A stretch of 64,000 nucleotides of DNA from the human T2T-CHM13v2.0 reference genome, Homo sapiens, in the NCBI RefSeq assembly GCF_009914755.1, contig NC_060927.1; one strand, written 5' to 3'. Positions 39,917 to 57,630 of the stretch are shown here, piece after piece; the stretch's first letter is position 1, and the number at the start of each line of letters is the position of its first letter. The position numbers were made by a program, and so were the translations under genes. The notes below the pieces were generated by a model that searched no databases, was not told where the DNA came from, and was given only the letters and a program-made list of their open reading frames with translations.

Positions 39917-40745
39917 TTCTCTTTTTTTATCAATCTTTTTTTTATTTCGATAGTTTTTTGGGGGAACAGGTGGTATTTGGTTACACGAATAAGTTCTTTA
40001 GTGGTGATTTGTAATATTTTGGTGTACCCATCAACCGAGCAGTATATGTTGCACCCAACGTGTAGTTTTTTATCCCTCACCCTCTCCCGCCCTTTCCCCT
40101 GAGTCCCCAAAGTCCATTATATCATTCTAATGCCTTTGCATCTCATAGCTTAGCTCCCAATTATTAATGACAACATATGATGTTTGGTTTTTCATTCATG
40201 AGTTACTTCACTTACAATAATGGTCTCCAATTCCATCCAGGTTACTGTGCATGTCATTATTTCATTCCTTTTTATGGCTGAGTGGTAGTCCATGGTATAT
40301 ATATATACCACATTTTCTTTATCCACTTGTTGATTGATGGACGTTTGGGCTGGTTTCATATTTCTGCAATTGTGAATTGTGCTGCCATAAACATGCGTGT
40401 GCACGTATCTTTTTCATACCGTGACTTCTTTTCCTCTGGGTAGATACGCAGGAGTGGGATTGCTGTATCAAATGATAGATCTACTCTTAGTTCTTTAAGG
40501 AATCACCACACTGATTTCCATAGTGGTTGTACTACTTTACATTCCTACCAACCGTGAAAAAGTATTCCCTTTTTACCACATCCACAACAACATCTATTAT
40601 TTTTTGATTTTTTTATTATGGCCATTCTTTCAGGAGTAAGGTGTTATTGCATTGTGGTTTTGGTTTTGCATTTCCCTGATAACTAGTAACGTTGACCATT
40701 TGTATATCTTCTTTAAGAATTGTCTATTCACATCCTTAGCCTACT
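39917..40745 (-). mobile_element. L1PB 3' region
   Basis: tttttgggggaacaggtggtatttggttacacgaataagttctttagtggtgattt; ORF2 C-terminal remnant 40192-40404. Confidence 0.85.
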
Positions 40746-40908
40746 TTTTGTTTTGTTTTATTTTAAGTTCCAGGGTACATGTGCAGGATGTGCAGGTTTG
40801 TTACATAGGCAAATATGTGCCACAGTGGTGTGCTGCACCTATCAACCCATCACCTAAGTATTAATCCCAGCATGCATTAGCTATTTTTGCTGATGCTCTC
40901 CCTCCCCC
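40746..40908 (-). mobile_element. Older L1PA (approx. PA7-PA11) 3' stub
   Basis: ttttaagttccagggtacatgtgcaggatgtgcaggtttgttacatagg. Confidence 0.85.
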
Positions 40909-42095
40909 TGGAGGTTTTCTCCAATGCTTTCTTGTAGTAGTTTCATAATTTGAGGTCTTAGATTTAGGTCTTTAATCCATTTTTATTTGATTTTTGTATA
41001 TGTTGAGAGATAGGGCTCTAGTTTCACTCCTCTACAGATGAATATCCAGTTTTCCCAGCACAATTTATTGAGGAGTCTGTCTTTTCCACAGAGTAAGTTC
41101 TTCATGCCTCTGTCAAAAATGCATTTATTGTAGCTGTATGTATTTGTTTCTGGGTTCTCTGTTCTGTTCCATTGGTCTTTGTGTCTGTTTTTAGGCCAGT
41201 ACTACACTGTTTCGGTTACTAAAGCTCTGTAGTATAAATTGAAGTCAGGTAATGTGATTCCTCCACTTCTTTTTTTCTTTTTGCTTGGGAGAGTTTTGGC
41301 TATTCTGGGTCTTTTGTGGTTCCATATAAATTTTAATATTTCTTTTCTTCTGTTATTAATTTCATTGGTATTTTGAGAGGGACTGCATTGAATCTGTAGA
41401 TTGCTTGGGTAGTATAAACATTTTAACAATATTAATTCTTCCAATCCATAAATAGTAATATGTTCCTTCTTTTTTTTTTTTTCTGGTGTTCTCTTCAATT
41501 TCATTCACCAGTGTTTTATAATTTTCATTATAGAGATCTTTCACTTCTTTGGGTAAGTTAATTCCTAGATATTTAATTTTATTTGTGGCTACTGTAAGTG
41601 GGATTACTTTTTAAATTCTTTTTCACATTGTTCACTGTTTGCATGTAGAAATGCTACTGATTTTGTATGTAGATTTTGTATCCTGCAACTCTACTGAATT
41701 TGTTTATCAGTTCTAATAGTTTTCTGTGGAGTCTTCGGGTTTTATCAAATATAAGATCTTACCATCCCTGACCCCCAAGTAGCCTAACTGGGAGGCACCC
41801 CCCAGTGGGGGCAGACTGACACCTCACACGGCCAGGTACTCCTCTGAGACAAAACTTCCAGAGGAGCGATCAAGCAGCAACATTTGCTGTTCACCAATAT
41901 CTGCTGTTCTGCAGCCTCCACTGCTGATACCCAGGCAAACAGGGTCTGGAATGGACCTCTGGCAAACTCCAACAGACCTGCAGCTGAGGGTCCTGTCTGT
42001 TAGAAGGAAAACTAACAAACAGAAAGGACATCCACACCAAAACCCCATCTGTATGTCACCATCATCAAAGACTAAAGGTAGATAAAACCATGAAG

Positions 42096-43109
42096 ATGGG
42101 GAAAAAACAGAGCAGAAAAACTGAAAATCCTAAAAATCAGAGTGCCTCTGATCCTCCAAAGGAACGCAGCTCCTCACCAGCAAATGGAACAAAGCTGGAG
42201 GGAGAATGACTTTGATGAGTTGAGAGAAGAAGGCTTCAGATGATCAAACTACTCCGAGCTAAAGGAGGAAGTTCGAACCCACGACAAAGAAGTTAAAAAC
42301 CTTGAAAAAAGATTAGACGAATGGCTAGCTAGAATAACCAATGCAGAGAAGTCCTTAAAGGACCTGATGGAGCTGAAAACCATGACACGAGAACTACGTG
42401 ATTAATGCACAAGCCTCAGTAGCTGATTTGATCAACTGGAAGAAAGGGTATCAGTGATTGAAGATCAAATGAATGAAATGAAGTGAGAAGAGAAGCTTAG
42501 AGAAAAAAGAATAAAAAGAAATGAACAAAGCCTCCAATATGGGAATATGTGAAAAGACCAAATCTACGTCTGATTGGTGTACCTGAAAGTGACGGGGAGA
42601 ATGGAACCAAGTTGGAAAACACTCTGCAGGATATTATCCAGGAGAACTTCCCCAATCTAGAAAGGCAGGCCAACATTCAAATTCAGGAAATACAGAGAAC
42701 ATGATAAAGATACTCCTCGAGAAGAGCAACTCCACGACACATAATTGTCAGATTCACCAAAGTCAAAATGAGGGAAAAAATGTTAAGGGCAGCCAGAGAG
42801 AAAGGTCAGGTTACCCACAAAGGGAAGCCCATCAGACTAACAGCTGATCTCTCAGCAGAAACTCTACAAGCCAGAAGAAATTGGGGGCCAATATTCAACA
42901 TTCTTAAAGAAAAGAATTTTCGATCCAGAATTTCATATCCACCCAAACTAAGCTTCATAAGTGAAGGAGAAATAAAATCCTTTACAGACAAGCAAATGCT
43001 GAGAGATTTTGTCAACACCAGGCCTGCCCTAAGAGAGCTCCTGAAGGAAGCACTAGACATGGAAAGGAACAACCGGTACCAGCCCCTGCAAAAACATGCC
43101 AAATTGTAA
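42096..43109 (+). pseudogene. L1 ORF1p, disrupted
   Basis: ATG GGG AAA AAA CAG start; C-terminus ...MERNNRYQPLQKHAKL*; frameshift near 42184 and internal stops. Confidence 0.95.
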
Positions 43110-43172
43110 AGACCATCAAGGCTAGGAAGAAACTGCATCAACTATCAAGCAAAATAACCAGCTAACATCTTA

Positions 43173-47119
<3,947 letters not shown>

Positions 47120-49759
47120 TGACGAGTTAATGAGTGCAGCACACCAACGTGGCACATGTATACATATGTAACAAACCTGCACATTGTGCACATGTACCCT
47201 AAATCTTAAAGTATAATAAAAATAAATAAATATAAGATCATACCTGCAAACAAGAATAATTTCACTTCTTCCTTTCCAATTTAGATGCTCTTTTTATCTT
47301 TCTCTTCTTTTATTTCTCTAGCTAGGACTTCTGGTACTATGCTGACTAACATAGTGGGCATCCTTGTTGTGTTCTCAATGTTAGAGGAAAGGTTTTCAGT
47401 TTTTCTCCATTCAGTATGATACTAGCTGTGGGTGTATCATATATGGTTTTTATTATGTTGAGGTATGTTCCTTCTATCCCCAGTTTTTTTAGAGTTACTA
47501 TCATGAAGGGATGTTGAATTTTTAAAAATGCTTTTTCAGCATCAACTGAAATGATTATATAGTTTTTATCCTTCATTTTGTTGCTGTGATGTATCACATT
47601 GATTGATTTGAATATATTGACCCATTTTTGCATCCCACAGATACGTCCTATTTGATCATAATGAATGATCTTTCTGATGTATTGTTCAATTCTGTTTGCT
47701 ATTATTTTGTTGAAAATTTTTGCATCAATATTCATCAGAGATATTGGCCTGTAGGGTTTTTTTTTTTCTGTTTTTGTCTGGTTTGGGTATCAGGGTAATA
47801 CTGGACTTGTAAAATAAGTTTGGACATACTCCCTTCTCTATTTTTTGGAATATATTGTGTAAGATTGGCATTAGTTTTTCTTTAAATGTTTGGTAGAATT
47901 CAGCAGTGAAGCCATCAGGTCCCAGGCTTTTCTTTACTGGGAGAATTTTTATTACAGCTTCAATCTTGTTACTTGTTATTGGTCTGTTCAGGTTTTGGAT
48001 TTCTTCCTGGTTCAATATTGGTATGTTGTATGTATCTAGGAATTTGTCCATTTCTTCTAGATTTTCCAATTTATTGGCATATAGTTGCTCACAGTAGCCA
48101 CTAATGATCCTTTGAGTTTCTGTAGTATCAGTTGTAATGCCTCCTCTTTTTCATTTCTGATTGTATGTATTTTGATCTTCTCTCTTTTATTCTTAGTCTG
48201 GCATTGAGGAGTTAGGCATTTAGTGTAGTCTTCACTGTCTGGGCTTATTTGTAGCCGTCCTTCTTGGAAAGGCTTTCTAGACATTTGAAAGGACTTAGGT
48301 GCCCTGATCTAAGCTGTTTCGGCTTTAGGGACACCCCAAGCACAGTAACACTGTGGTTCTTGCAGACTTGTAGAGGTACCACCTTGATGGTCTTGGAAAA
48401 AATCCAGGAGAATTCTCTGGATTACCAGGCTGAGAATCGTGTTCTCTTCTTTTACTTTCTCCCAAACATACAGAGTCTCCCTCTCTCTGTTCTGAGCCAC
48501 CTAAAGCTGGGCATGGAGTGACACAGTCATCCCTGTGGCCACCACTACTAGGACCTTGCTGGGTCAGACCTTTCTGATCAAGGCCCTGAGACTCTACAAT
48601 TAGCAGGTGGCAAAGTCATCCAGGCCTGTATCCTTCCCTTCAAGGCATTGAGGTCTTACAGGCTCAAGTGGGTCCAGAAGTACCATCCTGAAGTGAGGGA
48701 CTACAGTCAAAATCTTAGAAGTCCACCTGGGATTCTATTGTATTGCAGCTGAGCTGGCATCCAAACCACAAGACAAAGTCCTCCCACTCTTCCCTCTTCT
48801 CTTCTCAAGCAGAAGGAAGGGGGTCTCTTTTGAAGCCACTAGATGTGCAGCCTGGGGTTAGAGGAGGGGTGATGCCAGCATTCTCTTGGCTTCCCCAGCT
48901 TGTGTCTCAGTATGTTGCATGCTTCCCCAGTCCACTGTCTCTGGGCCTCGTTCAGCCCTAGGACTCTCCTAGACTGCCTTTCAAGTTTACTTAGAGACCC
49001 AGAGTACTTTGGCTGTGGGTGAGGAGGTTTGCAGGCACTCAAGTTCAGACCACTGGGACTGGCGATTCCCCTCTGGCTAGGGCTGGTTTAAATGCTCCCT
49101 CTGTGGGCGAGCATCCACTGAGTTTGGTCTGGTTTTCCTTCCTGCTCTAACAGGACAGCACTGAGCTCAGTGCCTCACAATTGCTGTGTTCTCCTCCCCC
49201 AGCCCACAGAGATGCTCTCAGGACCACACTGTTACTGCTGGAGATGAGTGAGACCAGCAGCAGTGATTCAGGATTGTTTCTTCTATGTCTTCAGTTCCTT
49301 TTTAAGTGATATGAAGTTAAAACCACGTACTATGAGTGTTCACTTGATTTCTTGTTCTTATGAAGCTGTTTTTTTCTGTGTAGATACTTGTTGACTTGGT
49401 GTCAAAAACTCCCTGCAGGGGAGAGGAGGAGGGGTGAGTGGTGGAGCTTTCTAGTTCACCATCTTGTTCCACCTCCACAGATGCCAGCCCCTAAAACATA
49501 AATTTTAAAATATACTTAATGTCTTCATTTTCCACGGTTGATAATTCTTTCTCCACAGTACTTCAAAATTTGACCCTTTTTTCTACCCATTTCCACTACC
49601 CATATGCATAACTTCATCATTCCGTGCCTAAATTGGTGAATAATCTCCTTACTGGTTCCTCTGTGTCTCATTTGTTTTTTCTCTTGTCTGGACCCACATC
49701 TCACTAAGAACATCCATCTATCACTTCCTGACTTAAAAATATATACATAATGAAATGTG

Positions 49760-50640
49760 GGCAAAGAAAATCAGTGGACCATTCACAGAAGAGGAAATCT
49801 AAATGGCAATAAATATTTGAAAAAAAGTCAATTTCTATTATAATCAGGGAAACGCAAACTAAAAGAAGCAATGGTTTGTTTTTTGTTTTGTTTTGTTTTG
49901 TTTTGTTTTGTTTTGTTTTCTGATAGCATTGGCAAAATTTTAAAAGTCTAACAATACTCCATTGGGGAAAATATTGAGAATATGATACACTCATTTACCA
50001 CTGGTGAGAGGCCACATTTATATTATCGTTTGGAGAGGAGCATTCATGATAAAATTACAATTCATGATAAAATTACAAGTGTGTATATTCTACAATCCAG
50101 ATATTCTACTTCAAGGTATATGCCCTAGAAAAGCTACAGATATCTGCACAAGAACACACATACAAGAATATTAATTGTACCTGTGTTGTAATAATGAAAA
50201 ATTAAAGCAGACTTATTGTAAGTTAGAGAAAAATATATTTTATCAATATAGTGAAATTATATTAAAAAAAATAAAGGTATTGATTCTGATAGGAATCAGT
50301 AAGGATAAATCCTAGAGACACAGAAGCAAATCAACAGTGTAGTACTATTTAAGTACACTTAAAAGCAGAAAATAAAACTGTTTTTATAATGCATATACAT
50401 ATGGAATGGATAGGCACACACAAAGCCACGATAGTGGCTATATTTACAGAAAAAGAAAATATATAAACCTGGGGTCATAGTTTAAGCAAATATTAGCTTC
50501 ATCTGTAGTACTTACTGTTAAAAATTGGGACAGAAATATGACAACATTTAGGGGTTAAGTCGTTAGTGTAATTTAATTTTGAACTTTTTCTCCACATGTT
50601 TAAACTTTAACCAAATCACTGATAATAAATGAAATTTAAT
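49760..50640 (+). mobile_element. Old L1ME-like 3' fragment containing (TTTTG)n at 49874-49919
   Basis: aatcagggaaacgcaaactaaaag...ttggcaaaattttaaaagtctaacaatac. Confidence 0.6.
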
Positions 50641-52588
50641 TTAAGATGTAAGCTAATGCTTTATAAAATCCTTTTATTCTAAATACATTGAGATATTTTA
50701 AAAATATGTATTGGTTTATTTAAAATATATATCTGTATATCTCACATATATATGTAACTGCATACATGCATATATATACAGTGTTTTATATATGCGTATT
50801 TTTAATATTATATGTGTGTATGTATACGTAAACATCTTTGCTGATCAGAAACAGAACCCCCTTAAAGCAGAGAGGGGTTCACGCCAAAGGCCTGTTGGAT
50901 TTGGTGATGGAAGTAAGCTCTGGGAATGAAGCATCTGGCCCTGCAAGGTACAGAAACAAAATGTGTTCCACACAAAATTGTAGAGAACCTGAGCCAGGTT
51001 TACTACTTGAAGCCAAGAACTAGGGAGGGGCTGCTGTATTTGTAAAAAGAGGCTGAAAATAAAGTTGTTCAAAGGCAGTCTAAGGCTACAAATTAAATGA
51101 AGTTTCAGGTCTATGGATTACTGAGGTCACAGACACAACAATAAAATTATAAATTATATTGCAATTCAAACCACAGAAAATGAATTCCAAAATGCCATTG
51201 TAAGACTTGGTTCTGAACAAATGGTCCAAAACTCCAGGTGGAGAAAATTACAAACTATTAGAAAGAGCAAAAAGGAAAAAGTCTCATTCAAAAAGGGCCT
51301 ACAAAGCAAAACACTTGAAAAATTTTAATGCAGAGAAAGGCAAAAAAATTTAATATAAATTGACTGGATAAAATAATGTTACAAAGCAGTCTGATTAAAA
51401 TTAAGGAGCTTGGAAAAGTTAAACTAGACACCTTTAAAATAAAATTTAAAAACATTTAGTTTTTAATTTCAGTAGATAGGGTAGAATGTAGCCTGAATAC
51501 AGTCAAAGTGAAAATTAGAAAAATGATAGATTGTTCTGAGGAACTCATTCAGAATGCACTACAGAAAGAAACCTTAAAAATGTGAAAGAGTTGTTAAAAT
51601 ATGTAAAGGAGAGATTGAAAGACTTGAGCACATTCCTAATTGAATCTCCAGAAAAATGGTATTTAGACTGATATAAGCTTCAATTGTACCTTCAATTGTG
51701 AGGGCAAAACAAAGACAACTTCAGAAATACAAAGAGTAAGAGTGTTTATTCCTACCCTGCTCCTAACTGAATTAGGATATTACATTAGGACATAATTAAG
51801 CAATTAGAAAAGTAAATCTGTAAGGAAAGCAAAGTTTAAAATAAACATTGGGGAGCGCAGACAATAATAAAATATTCTGATAAACTTAATAAACTAATAC
51901 ATATAATATTAACTTTTTTGGTTTTAAAATAAATTAAAACCTGCATCCTAAAGAAAAATAACAAGATCTAGAGGCACAATATATAATAGGTAGTAAAGGA
52001 TAAATAAGATTGTCATATTCAGGAAGAGGATATGAATATTTAATAACTATACATTTACTTTTCAGTGTTCTAGTTAAACATGAAAGTTTAAAATACAAGG
52101 CTAACCATTAAAAATATAGAAATATATTACTTGAAAACAAAAAAAACGGGAAAGAAAAAAAATTTAATGTTATCAATCCGTAACAAATTAGGAAAAGAGT
52201 TAACAAAGCAGCAGAAAAAGATAAACAGAGAGACAAAAATAAAGATTTTTTTAAACAAAAGTGAAAATAAAATTAGATTTAAAAGTCTAAAATATTAATA
52301 GTAATAAATGTAAATGAAATATTGCTATCTATTAAATAACAGAGATGATCTGATTGGGATCTAAGAAAAAAATAATACCGCTGTAAGCTACTAAAAGTGA
52401 CACATGATAAAGTCACAGAGAATAAAGTTACAAAAAAAGATATTTCAGATATTTATTGACCAAAATAAAGCTGGTATAACAACTCAACATCAAATATAAT
52501 TGAATTAAATGCACAAACATCATGGGAAATTAAGTACTATATAATAAAAGGAATAATCTAACAGGAAGATACAACAAGCATTTAATAT

Positions 52589-52964
52589 TGATGTGGTTTT
52601 TCTCTGTATCTCTACTCAAATCCCATGTTAACTTGTAATTCCCAATGTTGGGGGAGAAACCTGGTTGGAGGTGATTGGATCATGGGGGTGATTTTCCCCA
52701 TGCTGTTCTGGTGATAGTGAGTTCTCAGGAGATCTGATGGTTTAAAAGTGTGTGGCACTTCCCCCCTCACTTGTGCTCTCTCCTGCTGCAATGTGAAGAA
52801 GTTTCTTGCTTCTCCTTCACCTTCCACCATGATTGTAAGTTTCCTGAGGCCTCCTAGTCATGCTTCCTGTTAAGCCTGTGAAACTGAGTCAATTAAACTT
52901 CTTTTTTCTTAAATTACCCAGTCTAAGGTAGTTCTTTTTAGCAGTATGAGAATGAACTAATACA
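52589..52964 (+). mobile_element. MSTA solo LTR
   Basis: tgatgtggttt...gaactaataca; perfect TSD aatat (52584-52588 / 52965-52969). Confidence 0.92.
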
Positions 52965-53286
52965 AATATTAACCTATAAAAGTCCTGACATTTCATTAAA
53001 TGAAAACTCTCAGAATTAAAAATAAATATTACAAATCCCAAATCATGGTGGCATATTTTTGAACACTTGTCAGAAATTAATATACCAAGCACATTAAAAA
53101 TTAGTAAAATTACAGAATTTTTGAATGTCAAAATATAATTGATCAACTAAAAATCTCTGTACCCAACAGGGAATATGTAGTCTTTTCAACATTGAATGTT
53201 TTCTAAAATTGACTAGGTCAACAAGAATCAACAACTATCAAAGAAATGATATTATATGAACAACGTTCTCTAAACCCAGTTAAAAG

Positions 53287-53860
53287 ATGTTCTTAATTAT
53301 TTGTAGGATCTAAAAATCAAAACAGGTTTGGGTGTGGTGGCTCATTATCTGTAGACCCAGCACTATGGGAGGCTGAGGTGGATGGATTGCTTGAGCCAAG
53401 GAGTTAGAGACTAGCCTGGGCAACATGGTGAAACCCCATCTATATTTTTTAAAAATTAAATTAAAATTTAAAAATAAATATAAAAAAATTGAACTCATGG
53501 AGATAGAGAATAAATAGGAGGATGGTTACCAGAGGCTGAGAAAGGTAATGGGGGGCTGTGGGGTAAGTGGGAAGAATTAATGGGTACAAAAAAGTAAAAA
53601 GAATGCATAAGACCTAGTATTTGATAGCACAACAGAGAGACTATAATAATAATCAATATTAATTTAATTGTACATTTTAAAATAAAGAGTAAAATTGGTT
53701 TGTAACACAAAGAAAAAATGCTTGAGGGAATGGATACCCAATTTTCCATGATGTAATTATTATACACTACATGCCTGTACCAAAATATCTCATGTAGCCC
53801 ATAAATATATACACCTACTAGGTACCACAAAAATTAAAAATTAAAACATTTTTAAAAGTA
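53287..53860 (+). mobile_element. L1MA2/3-like 3'UTR, interrupted by FLAM
   Basis: ggatctaaaaatcaaaaca|attgaactcatggagatagag...taagacctagtatttgatagcacaacag. Confidence 0.85.
53325..53485 (+). mobile_element. FLAM_C-like monomer
   Basis: Single left arm ggatggattgcttgagccaaggagtt with A-rich tail. Confidence 0.85.
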
Positions 53861-54296
53861 AAAATGAAATAAAACAGTTCCCAATGATTTTAAAATAGTT
53901 TTTTAAATTTATGTTTGTGCACTAAGAACTATAGTTCTAAGTAATTCATGGGATAAAGAGGAAATCACATTGGAAGTGACAAAACATTTAGACTTGGAAA
54001 ATAAAAGTACTACATTTAAAAGTTTTAGGATGTTGCTAAGGTAGTACATGTAGATAAACCTTAAGCCTTGAAATATTTCTACTATAAAACAAGAGTGTTT
54101 GAAAATAATGGGTTAGATATTCAAATTAAGAGACTGAAAGAAAAACAGACAGTACTTAAATGAAGTAAAAGAAAAGAAATTATGTAACTAAGTGTAGAGA
54201 ATAATAAAATAGAAAACAAAGGCACAAGAGAGAAGATTTATAAACCAATAATGTATTACCCAATAAAAAATAGACAAATAAAATATTACAAATATT

Positions 54297-54584
54297 GGCC
54301 AGGCTCACACCTGTAATCCCAGCACTTTGGGAGGCCAAGGCAGGTGGACCACTTGAGGTTAGGAGTTCGAGACCAGCCTGGCCAACATGGTGTAACCCCA
54401 TCTCTACTAAAAATATAAAAAAATTAGCCAGGCATGTTGGTGGGCGCCTGTAATCCTAGCTACTTAGGAGGCAGGAGAATCGCTTGAACCCAGGAGGTGG
54501 AGATTGCAGTGAGCCGAGATCACACCACTCCACTCCAACCTGGGAAGTAGAGTGATACTCTGTCTCAAATATATATATATATGG
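54297..54584 (+). mobile_element. AluSx-like with (AT)n tail
   Basis: Dimeric Alu with two small deletions; flanking aatatt repeat. Confidence 0.93.
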
Positions 54585-54786
54585 AATATTAAAAGGTCAG
54601 TGAAACAGATAGAACAGACATTAAAGCTACAAGCAGAGAAAAACATAAAACTTACAGAAATATATTTTATAAATAAAACTGGTACTATTATAAAAATATG
54701 AAATTGACTAAAGAAGATACAGAGAACTTGAAAAGTATATAGCACTAAAGAAAATAATCATTAATCGTTAGTCAAAAGTCTCCTCA

Positions 54787-55932
54787 ACAACCTATAGAAT
54801 GGAGGAAGATATTTGCAAGTCATATATCTGATAATGGTTTAATATCTGGAATATATGAAGAACTCTTAAAACTCAACAACAAAAATGAACAACCTAATTT
54901 TAAAATGGACCAAAGATTCCTTTAATATTTATCCCAAAATGATATACAAATAGACAACAAGGACATGAAAAGTTGTTCAGCATCATCCTCCATTAAAGAA
55001 ATGCAAATCAAAACCAAGATGTGATACCACTCACTAGGATGACTTTAATCAAAAAAAAGGAAAATAACAAGTGTTAGCAAGGATTTGGAAAAATTGAAAC
55101 CTTTATACATTGCTGATAGTAACATATAATATAAGGATGTCATTGCTGTGGATAACATATTGGCTGTTCCTGAAAAAGTAAAACATACAATTACCATATG
55201 ACCCAGCAATTCTATTCGTAAGTATATGCACAAGAGAAATGAAAATATATGTGCACACAGTATTCATGTGTAGTCCTAACTACTCAAGAGGCTGAGGCAG
55301 AAGGATCACTTGAGCCCAGAAGTTTGAGGCTGCAGTGACTTATGTTCATGCCACTGTGCTCCAGCTTGGGTGACAGAGCAAGACCCCATCACTCTTTAAA
55401 AAAGAGAAAGAAACAAAGAAAATATATGTCCATACAGAAACTTGTAACAGCATTATCCATAATAGCCTGAAAACAGCAAAGCCCAAATGCCCATCAATGA
55501 ATAAATGGCTAAACAAACTGGGGTATATTACAAAGAATAAAACATTACCTAATCATAAAAAGGAATAAAGTACTGACACATGCTGCAACTTGATAAACCT
55601 CTAAAACATTATGCTAAGTGAAAAAATCCAGACACAAAAGGTCACATACTATATGATTCCTTTTATAGGATCTATCCATTCTAGGAAAATCCATGAAAAC
55701 AGAAAGCGTATTAGAGATTACTAGGGGATTTCGGGAGAGGGAAATGGGGAGTAATTACTTAATGGATATGGGGTGTTTTTATGGGACAATAAAAATTTTT
55801 TGAAGCTAAAGAGAACTAGTTGTTGTACAACATTGTGAATACACTAAACACCACTGAATTGTACCCTAAATACTACTAAATTGTACTTTAAAATGGTTAA
55901 TTGTATGTTATGCGGCTTTCACCTGAAAAAAA
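54787..55932 (+). mobile_element. L1MB 3' ORF2 plus 3'UTR
   Basis: caacctatagaatggaggaagatatttgcaagtcatatatctg ... gtactttaaaatggttaattgtatgttatg. Confidence 0.85.
55261..55417 (+). mobile_element. FRAM / AluJ right monomer
   Basis: ggatcacttgagcccagaagtttgaggctgcagtga; 20-bp TSD gaaaatatatgtgcacacag / gaaaatatatgtccatacag. Confidence 0.88.
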
Positions 55933-56807
55933 GGAACCTTCCCCATAGAAACACCAGAAAAAGTTAACTTTACAAGAAACACTTAAAAAATACAATAAGT
56001 AATCTCTGTATAATAAAAACTAATTCATTGAATAAGGAGGAAAAACTACAAATGTATTTTATGAGGCTAGAAGACTTTAATGTCAACACCCAGTTGGGAC
56101 AGTACAATAAAAGAAAGTCATAGAGTAATCTCATTTTTAATGTATCAGTAGAGAAAATATTACATTCAATACAGCTGTTTATTAAACATCTGCATTATCA
56201 CTATAAGAAAGCCTTCAAAAGGCTCATCAGTCAACACAACTATAGAATCAGTGATCTTGACAGATCAATAAAATTTACCCGAACTAAACACAATTTTAAA
56301 AGAGAGAATTTTTAAGAAAGGTAGGGGAGTGACAGAACATATTAGCGTTGTGGCACAAACAAAAAGGTCTAACCAAGTGTAATTGAAATTTCATGAAGAA
56401 AGGAGTCTACCCTGTGAGCTTCTCATATCTACTTTTTCTTGCATGTTCTAGAAGCAGCTTTTTCAAGATTTCGGTAGAGCTCTCTTCCTGGGGCAAACCT
56501 AGAAGATTACTTAGATGAATGACAGCCTCTACACTACTGCTGGTCTCCAGGTTGCAAATGGTACTTCTTATCTCATTCTTTACTATCAATTCTAGATCCC
56601 CCTTACCTTCGGCTAGCACCTGTCCTGTTCTTGATACCTTAACCTATGACATGATCCGGACTTCAGCCCTAAGAGATCTGGGTCCATGGCCTTCATGTCC
56701 TTCTAAGACTAGGGTGCTGCATTCATTCATTTACCTTCAATTGTTGGCAAGGGAGTACCAACAAGTAGCCAAGTAGTTCACCTCTGTGCCAAACATATTG
56801 ACAACTA

Positions 56808-57630
56808 TGATTTGTTTCTACCCATAGAACACTTCTTTTTTAGACATGAGATCTCCCAGGCTGAAGTTCGAATGCAGTGATGCGATCACAGCTCCCTGCG
56901 GCCTTGAACTCCTGGCCTCAAGCTGTCCTCCCACCTCAGCCTCCTGAGTAGACAGGATAACAAGTTCATGCCACCATGCCCAGCTAACTAAAAAAATACA
57001 TTTTTTAGAGACAGGGTCCTGCTATACTACCCAGGCTTTTCTCAAACTCCTGGCCTTGAGTGATTCCCCTGCCTCAGCCTCTCAAAGCACTGAGATTACG
57101 GACGTGAGCTACCACATCTGGCCTACTTCTGACACCAAGTGGGCAAGGAGGTTTTCCTCCCACAATCAATTCTCCAACTCTCTGTACACTAGCTGGGTGT
57201 CCTACAATTTAATTCAATTCTGATGCTAACTTCCTGAAGTTAGCATCAGATCCCACAAGTTAAGGACTCAGTACTGCAAGACCGCCTCCGCTTCCGATGC
57301 CAGTCACAAGTCCCAGACCCTGGGGCTTTTTTCCAACCAACTACAAATTCAAGAGGCTCTGACACCTCCTTCCTTATGCTAAAGAATTTGCTAGAATGAC
57401 GACTTTCTATTCCTTACTCTCTATTCTGGTTTATGATAAATAATACAACTCAGGAAGAGCAAATGAAAGAGACATAGGGCAAGGTATGTAGGAAGGGCTG
57501 CAGAGCTTACATGCTGTTTGTGTGAGCCACCCTCCTATCACTTCCACATGTTCACCAGCCTGGAAGCTCTCCAAACCCCTAGTTTAGGGGGTTTTATGGA
57601 GGTTTCATTAGGTAGACATGATTCATGATT
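56808..57630 (-). mobile_element. MER21-family LTR, interrupted by AluJ
   Basis: gctgggtgtcctacaatttaattcaattctga...cagatcccacaagttaagg...tagtttagggggttttatggaggtttcatta. Confidence 0.8.
56836..57123 (-). mobile_element. AluJ
   Basis: gatcacagctc..gccttgaactcctggcctcaag J-type diagnostics; flanking acttct repeat. Confidence 0.9.

Larger units (their letters stand above)
50840..56330 (+). mobile_element. Highly degenerate old L1M body, host to MSTA, L1MA, Alu and L1MB insertions
   Basis: A-rich ORF1/ORF2-like remnants (aaagctggtataac, ttttatgaggctag); boundaries uncertain. Confidence 0.5.
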
